A stretch of DNA of 8,164 bases from Paraspadella gotoi (lineage: Eukaryota > Animalia > Chaetognatha). Location: assembly GCA_051294375.1 (NCBI GenBank), contig JBJCIZ010001545.1, positions 1 through 8,164 of the forward strand. The letters run 5' to 3'. The first letter of the stretch is position 1. Each line of letters opens with the position of its first letter. Below, piece by piece: positions 1-8,084 of this stretch. A program made the translations under genes and the position numbers. The notes below the pieces were generated by a model. The model did not search any database. It saw only the letters and a list, made by a program, of their open reading frames with translations, and was not told where the DNA came from.

Positions 1-44
1 ATCGGGTGCCCGTTCAGCCATGGAATCAATGATAGTACGCGACT

Positions 45-369
45 GAGGACAGGATTAAGAAATGAGGAAACATAGAGATTCTTAGTTTATTAGGAAATGA
101 AATGTCACGGCCAGCTCGAGGAGATTAAGAGAGAGAGAGGGAGACAGGGAGACGAGACACTAATCCACATTTTCCACACAGTGTACACAAATAACCCCGT
201 TTTTTTACCAACTTAACATAAAACAGTTACCTTCCACAACCAATTAAGTAATCCATACAGGTTTGAGTGGAGTGTGTGAAAATGAAATTTGAAAGTGAAA
301 AGAAAATTACATTTAGTGTTTAATAAAGTCTAGAAAGTTAAGAGAGTTAAGAAGAGCTCAAAAGTGAGC
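45..369 (+). repeat. Left arm of long degenerate inverted repeat (pairs with 710-1008)
   Basis: The reverse complement of 261-369 (gtttgagtggag...atttagtgtt...gagctcaaaagtgagc) aligns with 710-806 (gctcactttgagctct...aacactaaatgta...ctccactcaaaac). 91-107 taggaaatgaaatgtca pairs with 941-958 tgacatttcaatttccta, and 61-68 aatgagga with 983-990 tcctcatt. Confidence 0.9.
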
Positions 370-709
370 TGGCCCCCCCTTGGTTTGGACAATGAGAGCC
401 GTCGGGCGATGGGCTGGTCAATTGGCGTGTCATGGTTGAGCGAGGACAATTGAAACCGACATCGATCCCTCGCTCTGTCCGCCGGCCCCTAGGGAGTGCT
501 TCCCTTGCGCGAAGCATTCACAGCCACTCAGCGCCTACCTGCACAATGTCTACTTTTGTGGCCTGATGCTGCCCTGCCAGCTGCCTCCCTCTTCCCCCTG
601 CGGGACGAGTGGGTGGGCGGTTGTCAGTTCTGCCGCGTGTTTGGCGACCAGGGGTGTGGACTCCTCCCCTCCCTGGAGCCGTCGTTTTGGTCTTTTTTGG
701 TCGTTTTTG

Positions 710-1008
710 GCTCACTTTGAGCTCTTATCTTAACTCTTATTTCTACTTTATTAACACTAAATGTATTTTCTCACTTTCACATTTCATTTTCACCTCCACT
801 CAAAACTTATTTAATTTATTTAAATTGTTATAACTGGATTTATTTAAGTTCTAAACTTTATTTTGTTGTACTTTTGAAATGTTATTATTATTTTCTCTCT
901 CCTGTCTCCTCTCTCTTCTCTCTCTCATCTCTCTCACTGCTGACATTTCAATTTCCTATTCACAACTAAAATGCTCTCATTGTCCTCATTGCCCTCACCC
1001 TTGTCTCA
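710..1008 (-). repeat. Right arm of long degenerate inverted repeat (pairs with 45-369)
   Basis: Collinear reverse-complement matches to 45-369, including the GA tract at ~120-157 mirrored by the CT tract at ~893-936. Confidence 0.9.
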
Positions 1009-1065
1009 CCACTTGAACCACGTATTCTCTTTTCTCACACTCTGTAGTGTTGGAAACTTCTGGCC

Positions 1066-1144
1066 TGTCTCCCTACTTCTCTCCTCTCAGCTGCGCTCTC
1101 TCTCTCTCTTCTCTCTCCTCCTCTCTCTCTTCCTCTCTTTCTTT
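1066..1144 (+). repeat. Imperfect (CT)n microsatellite
   Basis: Directly visible polypyrimidine ctctct tract; it explains the LSLSL content of ORF 971..1189. Confidence 0.9.
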
Positions 1145-1510
1145 CACACAAAAAAACTGTCCAAATTCACAAATTGTTTGGACGCTTGAAGAAGGACTTT
1201 GCAACTAAAGCCGAAACACTGTCCGGTTTTTTCCTCATGGGAAAATAAAAAATTCGTGACGTTGTTAAAACAAAACACGCATTTTTTTGCCTGCAATACA
1301 CAGAAAACGAAAAAGGAAGGTTATTACAAATGAATTATTCAAGGCTTTAAAATTCGTTGTATTAGGATTTGGTTAGGATATCTTTAATTCCATTATGGTA
1401 ATATTAATTCTATAATCGGTCCGCTCGCCATGCATGCCTTTTGTTCTGTGTAGAGTCGATGATCGTGGGTTTATCAGTGTTAAGAAAACGAACAAAAGAA
1501 TTGACAAAGA

Positions 1511-2350
1511 TTGACCATGAAGCTCGGAGAAAAACCCCAACGGTGCTATCTCCCTCTGCTGGAATCGTCAGCATTAATTCGTCTTGAGAAAGATCAATTC
1601 TCCCCGTGCAAAGACGCCGAGTCCACTGCCGCGAGCGAAGGCTGTCCGAAACAACCCTTCGCGTCCAATCCTCGGAAGGTAGAGAGGTCCTCCAAGATCC
1701 TAGAATATGATAAGTGCAAGCCGCGCCGGAGCTGGCGGAGAGCGGAGCGGGCGCGCGAGAAGAAAATCGTTGCGGTCCGCGCCAAATTACGATGCGGGAG
1801 CTAGCTGCCCAATTGCGCCAGCGGGCCACAGTACGAGTGATCCCGTCAGAGAGATGGCCCCGCGCTCCGCATCAGCCGAAGAGAACAATTCTGAATCACA
1901 TCATAATACCGATAATATTATGAACTTTGCAAAAACTATGAAAGAACTCTTTATCTCCGCAACCCTCATTTATTCCAGTTACCAGAAAATATTAGCGTTA
2001 ATTTCATCATCAACATTTCAAGACAAAATACAATCAAGTGGCTCTACATTCAGCAATCATGGCTGGAGGAGGTAGACACCATTATTTGAAGTCTGATACT
2101 CTCTCTTTCACGTTGGGGACGCCTAGCCACAAGTGCTTTTATCAAGTTTCATTCACAAACTAATTGCACATAATACCGCCCTACACATAATAATCACTTT
2201 ACGTCGGATCTCGCTCTATCAGCCAGATCCCGACTCTATACAACTCACTTTTTCGGTCGTCGTGCTCGCCCCCCTCACATATTATTGTCGGCACACACCT
2301 TACTATCTGCACCTCGTCAGACATCGCCATAAATGTATATGCAACACACA
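1511..2350 (+). mobile_element. Possible heavily degraded non-LTR retrotransposon (LINE) fragment: ORF1 3' part and start of ORF2 APE-type endonuclease
   Basis: This is the only long non-repetitive stretch. KPQRCY (ORF 1511..1804) and NYDAGASCP (ORF 1707..2075) loosely recall the flanks of ORF1 CCHC knuckles. ORF 1707..2075 ends overlapping an ATG at 2059 in another frame. Downstream fragments in shifting frames (FIKF-SQTN, HII, QIP, YTTHF, and IIVGTHLTICTSSDIAINVYA at 2281-2343) fall in the order expected for an APE N-terminus. No complete motif is intact, and stops and frameshifts are present. Confidence 0.35.
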
Positions 2351-2390
2351 AAATGCCAGTCCGTTCGCCCGCCGCTCCAGCTCCGGTGCA

Positions 2391-3390
2391 GTCCGTCCAC
2401 CGCTCCACCCCTTAGCAAACAAACACCCATCTACTCGCTCGCATTCCGGTGGATGGATTTTAAATTATGAAATTTTGTTGTGTGGATAGGTAAGTCGGTG
2501 ATTGAGCTGGATATGAAGTTTCGATGGAATCGTCGAGTGGAAATGCAGTTTAAATGGAAAAAACAAAAAAATATATTCACTTTTGAACACCAATTGTCTC
2601 ATGGGTGGATGGGCTGATTTGACCTGGTAATTTGGTATGTGGGTAGGAAAGTGTGTTGATTGAAAAGGAAATCAAGTTTCGATGGAATAGTTTTGAGTGG
2701 AAATGAGTTTAAATGGAAAAAAACAAAAAACCTGTTTTAACTACATTGATTATGCTTCTTTTCCTTTTTATTAAATGTATCTGCAGTGACTGTATTAATA
2801 ATCAAATAATTAATCAGTTAATTTATCAATTAGTAAATAATAATCCAATAATTAAATTAATGTAGTCATCAATCCGTCCATCCGTCCCATCCTTAGCAAA
2901 AAGCTCATAACTCCGTTGATTGCTGGTTGGATTTGGGAATTAAATTTTGTATTGATGGTGGGTAGGAAAGTGTGTGATTTAAAGCTTGATTATAAAATTT
3001 TCGATGGAATCCGTCGTGAGTGGAAATTAGTTTTAATGGAAAAAAACAATAAGTCGAATTTACTAAATCTTTTTACTTATTTTTTACACAATAAATATCC
3101 AATAATCCCATAAATTGGAATGGAATAATTTGAGTTGAAATTTTTGTGGTGTGAGGTAGGAAAACGTATGACGAAGCTTGATTATATAAAGTTTTTCAGT
3201 GGAAACGTAGCAGTGGAAATGATTGTTTTAAGATTGAAAAAAAATAATGAAGTCACATTTCTTGAATCTTTTTTATTTATGTTTAACCCATGATAGATTG
3301 AGGATGAAATTTTGTGAGCCGGTAGAAATGTGAGTGAGAAGAAGCTAGATATAAAGTTTTTGACGGAATGCAAGTTTGAAAAAAAATTAT
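2391..3390 (+). repeat. Degenerate tandem array of five ~120-160 bp core repeats (cores at ~2450-2570, 2605-2730, 2925-3050, 3115-3246, 3292-3386)
   Basis: tttcgatggaat at 2519, 2677 and 2999; gagtggaaat at 2535, 2695 and 3018, with agtggaaat at 3212; exact 18-mer gtgggtaggaaagtgtgt at 2639 and 2958; each core ends in an A run. Confidence 0.85.
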
Positions 3391-3417
3391 GCAAGTTGAA
3401 AAAAATGATGCAAGCTT
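3368..3417 (+). repeat. Short ~20-bp tandem repeat (atgcaagttgaaaaaaa, ~2.5 copies)
   Basis: atgcaag at 3368, 3389 and 3408, with A runs between. Confidence 0.75.
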
Positions 3418-3465
3418 AATAAAATCTTTTTAAAGCATAAGAGTCGTCGCTATTGGCATTAAAAC

Positions 3466-3579
3466 AAGAGAGACGAGAGAGAGAGTAAAGAGGAGTGAGA
3501 GAGGAGAGAGATGTGACGGGAGATAGAAAAGAGAGAAGATGAGAGATGAGAGAAGAAGAGAGAGAGAGAGAGAAGGAGA
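3466..3579 (+). repeat. Imperfect (GA)n microsatellite
   Basis: Visible polypurine tract. Confidence 0.9.
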
Positions 3580-3815
3580 CATAAAATAAAAATCTTTAAA
3601 AAGACTGCAAGATCGAGCCAGAAGCCAACTATCATTAGAAAAATTACATGAAAAAAAAAAAACCAGGAAAAAAACGACAAATGAATCATGGCGCAATAAA
3701 CGAATTATTGATAGTAATTAGTAATTGATTGAGGTAATACTAATTGATTTGATGTAATAAGTAATCTTATGATGTAATAGGAATTGATTTATTGATTCGA
3801 TTGATTGAATCAATT

Positions 3816-3926
3816 TATTGATGCTGAATGATAGTCATTCACTGCTGTGATGATAGTCATTCAGTGATGCGATGACTTGTCATTCATTGATGCGATGGAT
3901 TGTCATTCATTGATCGCGATGATGTC
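3816..3926 (-). repeat. ~22-bp minisatellite (reverse complement of atgaatgactatcatcgcatca), decaying leftwards to ~3705
   Basis: Repeated tgatgcgatga(t)agtcattca(t) units; gtcattca recurs four times between ~3834 and ~3909. Confidence 0.85.
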
Positions 3927-3954
3927 AATAAACAAACAACATTGCGTGTATAGT

Positions 3955-4024
3955 GAAAGAGTAGAGAGAAGAGAGAGAGAGAGAGCGAGAGAGAAAGAAG
4001 AAAGAGAAGAGAGAGAAAGAAAGA

Positions 4025-4059
<35 letters not shown>

Positions 4060-4073
4060 AAAGAAAAAAGAGA
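3955..4073 (+). repeat. Imperfect (GA)n microsatellite
   Basis: About 120 nt of almost pure purine; source of the ERERER and LSLSLS ORFs. Confidence 0.95.
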
Positions 4074-4231
4074 ATAAATCCACGAAAAATCTCGGATGAA
4101 AAATATGGATTTTGTATATGAAAAAAAGCGCCGGAAATAAATGGCAATATAAAAAGTTTTAGAAGGAAAAAAATAATCAGAATTTTTCAAAAACAAACGA
4201 ATCACGCAAGAGGCTCGGACAGATATTGCGA

Positions 4232-4670
4232 CACAGACAGACAGAGACAGAGAGACAGGAGAGAGAGATGAGAAAAAGATGCGAAGAGAGAGAGAGACAG
4301 CCGCTGCAGAGAAAAAAGTAAGAGAAAGAGCCGATACTATAAAATTAAAAAGAGAGAGAGAGAGAAGAAGCTCTACAGCCCCTTTACTCGTTAAAGAATC
4401 AGCGCATAGCTTATGGCGCCGGCACGTGAGGCCGTGGACTATTCTCTACCCAAAGGACCGCGGTTCTGCGCGGTTCGCCGGCATCGTTTTTTTAATTAGT
4501 GAACGCGCACATTATATGTAAAAAAAAGAGAGAGAGAGAAAGAGAGCAGAGGAGAGAGCAGAGAGAAGAGAGAGAGAGAAAGAAGCTGGACAGACGCTGC
4601 AGAGCCGGAACTCGTTTTTAAGACAAATCAGAAGAAGCATGCGGAGAAAAGAAGAAGAGAGAGAGCGACA
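4232..4670 (+). repeat. Cluster of (GA)n/(GACA)n tracts
   Basis: Tracts at ~4232-4300, 4347-4370, 4520-4585 and 4645-4666. Confidence 0.85.
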
Positions 4671-4685
4671 TCATACATTTAAAAC

Positions 4686-4992
4686 GTTTGTTTGTAAATA
4701 AAACATTAAACAAATCGATATTTATTGATATGAAACATGAGAATTTTAAAGATCTTGATGATGAGAAGCCATATATGAAAAGTCAACTCCCTATGATATC
4801 ACACTTTCAGAAGCCATGATTGCAAAAAAGCGAGACCGAAAGCTAAACCGAATCAAAATCTAGCCAGGACGGGCTTTGCCCGCCTGGCTCGATAATAGAG
4901 GATATTTGTTTGTTTTGATAAAATGTAAACAAAACATTTAATAACTGTCCTGACTCAATTTTAAGGACATCGATGATGACAAGCTGAATATA
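4686..4992 (+). repeat. Degenerate direct repeat pair (~4686-4776 and ~4906-4992)
   Basis: tgtaaataaaacatt (4693) vs tgtaaacaaaacatt (4924); aattttaaagatcttgatgatgagaagc (4742) vs aattttaaggacatcgatgatgacaagc (4957). Confidence 0.65.
4858..4893. other. GC-rich stem-loop
   Basis: atct-agccagg(a)cgggc-ttt-gcccgcctggct-cgat: 12-bp core stem with one bulge and a TTT loop, extendable by atc/gat past one mismatch. Confidence 0.8.
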
Positions 4993-4997
4993 AATTA

Positions 4998-5067
4998 TAA
5001 TTAATCTATTAATTAATTAATCTATTAATTAATTAATTAATTAATCTATTAATTAATTAATTAATTA
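4998..5067. repeat. (TTAA)n self-complementary microsatellite with three TCTA variant units
   Basis: aattaatctattaattaattaatctattaattaattaattaattaatctattaattaattaattaatta; the only C residues are at 5006, 5022 and 5046. Confidence 0.95.
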
Positions 5068-5787
5068 TCGTAGGCAGATCCGACATTGTTTGCTCAAACT
5101 TGTTTAGAAAAATATCAGTGTAGTCACATCCTGGAGGATTTTTTCTGTACAAAACCTATAATATACTAAAATAACGTAACTAAAAAAACATAAGCGGTAA
5201 ACATTAGCGCGAAGATTTAAACAAAAAAACTCCCAAACCCCCCCACAGTGATCCCCCAAAAAATTAAAACTGGATAAAAGCCTCTTGAACATACGGGCAT
5301 AAATACATATTCAGTCTTTTTATAGTAATGTTACAAAGTCTTATGTAAGAACAGTTTCTAAAAATTATTCTTTCTTAAGTTATAAGCAAATCTCTATTTC
5401 TGGTGAGACTTTGAGTGGTTTGTTTCACCCACATGGGTGGAAGAGAAAAATTATTTGACTTTGTTATGTTAAAAGATCTTTGTCTCGTGTGTTAACAAAT
5501 AAAAAAAGATTTTTATATTATGGCACTATGTATGATATTAAAAACATAGTAAAAACTCATAGAATTTCAGCCGATTTCAATCAACCTAATGATACATCTT
5601 ATCAAACATCACCATCAGTTATCAATTAAATCTCATCCGCATTTGTCTGCCCTTTTGAAAAATCCAAAAATTCTTTTCATTCAAAAAATAATAAAAAAAA
5701 TCTTAAAAGCATAAGGATCAAGCAAAAAGAGAGAGATATACTTTGAATGCAGGGCGGACCAATTTTCTGAATCGTTACAGAAAAAAA

Positions 5788-6035
5788 GAGTTCAGGACCT
5801 CTCCTCTCTCTCTCTCCCGTCCGTCTCCCTCCCGGTTCTCTCTCTCTCTTCTCTCTCTCTCTTTGTTTTTTTAACAAAAAAAAAAATATTCACTTTGTTT
5901 TACCAGAACCGTTTTTGAAAAATTCTTATTATTTTCTTTCCGCTTCTAAAAACTTTTATTATCCGTACCATTGTATTCGCGCTTCTTTCTCAATACAAAA
6001 ATCCCAAATTTACATCTGTAAGATTTTCGTGAATT
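5788..6035 (+). repeat. Partial copy of composite repeat (A-like start, CT tract, T/A run, module B)
   Basis: An exact 24-mer tttctcaatacaaaaatcccaaat is shared between 5986-6009 and 7552-7575; both overlapping ORFs read FSIQKSQI. Confidence 0.8.
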
Positions 6036-6254
6036 TTTGGAGAAAATGTGAAAGAATAACTATACTGACCTGGACCTTCGTGGCCGTTGCGGGCAACGAG
6101 TAAACAATGGTCGAAGGAACATGACCTAATAACGCGTTTTTGATGGCAACGGAAACGTTACAGTTGTAATAAAAAAATCCAACTTGACAGCGAGATCAAC
6201 GCCGTATAAACAAGATGACCCTAATTATTGCGTAATCGTTCTGCGCGAAAAACT

Positions 6255-6280
6255 TTCATTTCTCTCCTCTCTCTCGTCTC

Positions 6281-6314
<34 letters not shown>

Positions 6315-6856
6315 GCTTTTTTTTTTTTTGTTTTTTAACAAAAAAAAGAATTTAAACTTGAACGAGTAAAACGAAGTTCCGGCTCTCTCTCTCTCTCTCT
6401 CTTCTCATCTTTTCTGATCTTTCTCTCGTATCTTCTGCCTCTCCTCTTTCTCTCTTCTCTATCTCTTTTTTTGTGACAAAAATAATTTTTAGTCAACCTT
6501 TTTTTTCCACCGTCCGTCTTAACGCGAGTTCCGGCTCTCTTCTAAAATCTCTCTCTCGTCTCTTTTTTTTTTAGCAAAAAAAAATTTTTTAGTCACTTTT
6601 TTTTTTCACCGGCGAAAACGAGTAAAACGAGGTAAACGAGGTTCCGGCTCTGTAGCTTTTCTCTCCTCGTCTCTCCTCATCTCTCTCTCTCTCTCTCTCT
6701 CTCATCTGTCTCTCTCTCAATGTACGATCTTTCGTTTTTCTGAAAAATTCTTATTAATTTTTCCTTTCTAACAAAACTTTATTATCGCCATTGTCATTTT
6801 TTTTTTCTCTTATACAAAATTACCAAAATTTACATCCGAAGTTTTTCATGGATTCA
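6255..6856 (+). repeat. Tandem reiteration of [module A - CT tract - T run/A run] units ending in module B
   Basis: gttccggctct occurs at ~6376, ~6528 and ~6641, each followed by (CT)n. tttttagtca...ttttt(c)caccg occurs at ~6486-6512 and ~6586-6611. Module B lies at 6732-6856. Confidence 0.85.
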
Positions 6857-7414
6857 TTTTTAAGAAAAAATGCAGGCAATGTCACATGTACATCAGCTTG
6901 CTGCTAGTACATATAAAGCTAGTATACTGTCCGGCAATTGGCGCGGAATTAATATTATCTTTGGCATATATAACTTTCTAAACAAAAAAAAAATTTTTTG
7001 GTTTTTGTTGTTTATTACTGTAACTTTGGACCGGTCGGCCCTAACTTGGCAAATTATATTTAACATGGAGTTGAGAAGAAGATAGTTGTCAAAATTAAAC
7101 ATTACTTTTTTTGTTATTCTAACAATTTTTAAAATTTTTAAAATTGTAATTTTTTTTAGATGTATATATTTAATCATTTTTTATTCTTTTTTAAAATAAT
7201 TGAATTATTTTGAGTTGTAAATATTTATAAATTACGTTAAATATGCAAAAATGAAATTTGACCTCGGTCCGGTTCTTCTTAAAAAAAAAAGAACAATCTA
7301 AATTTTCATTCAAGATTAAAACTTTTATTTAAGATGAGACATAAAAAGTTTTTTTTGATAAGTAAAAAAAATATTCAGAAAGGAAAAGAGTTCGTCCCTA
7401 CTCAGATACGTCGG

Positions 7415-8010
7415 AAAACGAGTTCCAGCTCTGCAGGGCCGGTCCAGCTTCTCTCTATTCTTTCTCTCTCCTTCTCTCTCTCGTCTCTCTCGCTCTCGTC
7501 TTCTCTTTTTTTTTCTTTCTATTTATTTCCGCCATTTTATTCCAGCGCTTTTTTCTCAATACAAAAATCCCAAATATTACATCCGAGATTGTTCCGTTGA
7601 AATTTTTTTCTATAAAATTTGTGATTATTCTCTTATATAAACGATAGTGAAAACTGACCAGCCTCTCTCACTCTTTCTCTCTTCTCTCTCTCTCTCAAGT
7701 CTCTCTCTCTCTCTCATCTCTTTCATTCATACACGCATTTGTTTGTTTTATTTACGATGAATGACTCATCGCGTCAATGAATGACTATCATCGCATCAAG
7801 ATGATCATCATCATATAATGAATGATTATCATCACATAATGAATGACTATCATCGCATCAATCATTTGATTATCATCACATCAGTTATTTTATTAATCAT
7901 CGCATCAATTATTGGTTATCATCGCATCAATATTTAGTTATCATCGCAATTAATATTTGGTTACCATCGAAAGGCTGGCTCGAATCCCTATTGCTTTTAA
8001 GATTTTTCCC
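7415..8010 (+). repeat. Composite interspersed repeat, plus-strand copy (modules A-CT-B-CT-C-D)
   Basis: A at 7415-7452, partial B at 7521-7598, CT at 7663-7723, C at 7721-7965 and D at 7972-8007; same order as the minus-strand copy at 3420-4620. Confidence 0.8.
7757..7967 (+). repeat. ~22-bp minisatellite, about 10 units, consensus atgaatgactatcatcgcatca
   Basis: Perfect units at 7777-7798 and 7839-7860; the core tcatc(g/a)cat recurs at roughly 21-23 nt spacing. Confidence 0.9.
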
Positions 8011-8052
8011 TAAAAATTCTGATTGCCGTTTCGTTGCGGGAAAACTGTCCAG

Positions 8053-8084
<32 letters not shown>

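Larger units (their letters stand above)
3420..4620 (-). repeat. Composite interspersed repeat, minus-strand copy (modules A-CT-B-CT-C-D)
   Basis: Reverse complements: 4581-4619 match module A at 7415-7452; 4072-4203 match module B at 5910-6035, 6732-6856 and 7521-7598; 3700-3957 match module C at 7721-7965; 3588-3626 match module D at 7972-8007. Confidence 0.8.

Noticed and set aside
520-570. Sequencing hairpin adapter at the fold-back centre
   Set aside because: I could not recognise an adapter sequence there, though this does not exclude an artefact.
496-1189. ORFs 496..720, 518..715, 609..833 and 971..1189
   Set aside because: Short, overlapping ORFs with no recognisable domain, expected by chance in GC-rich or CT-rich sequence.
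1410-1829. 139-aa minus-strand ORF, the longest in the window
   Set aside because: No recognisable motif; likely an antisense shadow of the GC-rich segment.
2450-3390. CRISPR or other array with unique spacers
   Set aside because: The units align along most of their length and are highly degenerate; there are no identical short repeats flanking unique spacers.
3430-4521. ORFs 3430..3696, 3459..3689, 3877..4077, 3884..4147, 3903..4205 and 4279..4521 as proteins
   Set aside because: These are ERER/LSLS translations of GA/CT microsatellites, open only because the repeats lack stop codons.
4858-4900. Rho-independent terminator
   Set aside because: No adjacent gene, no clean U tract after the stem, and no prokaryotic context.
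5677-7600. ORFs 5677..5877, 5915..6103, 6184..6369, 6870..7085, 6893..7177 and 7334..7600, including the shared FSIQKSQI peptide
   Set aside because: They are low-complexity or repeat-derived. The shared peptide reflects DNA module B, whose copies do not preserve reading frame.
7757-7967. CRISPR-like repeat-spacer array
   Set aside because: The period is only ~22 nt, the linkers are ~9 nt and related to each other, there are no cas genes, and the context is eukaryote-like. It is a minisatellite.
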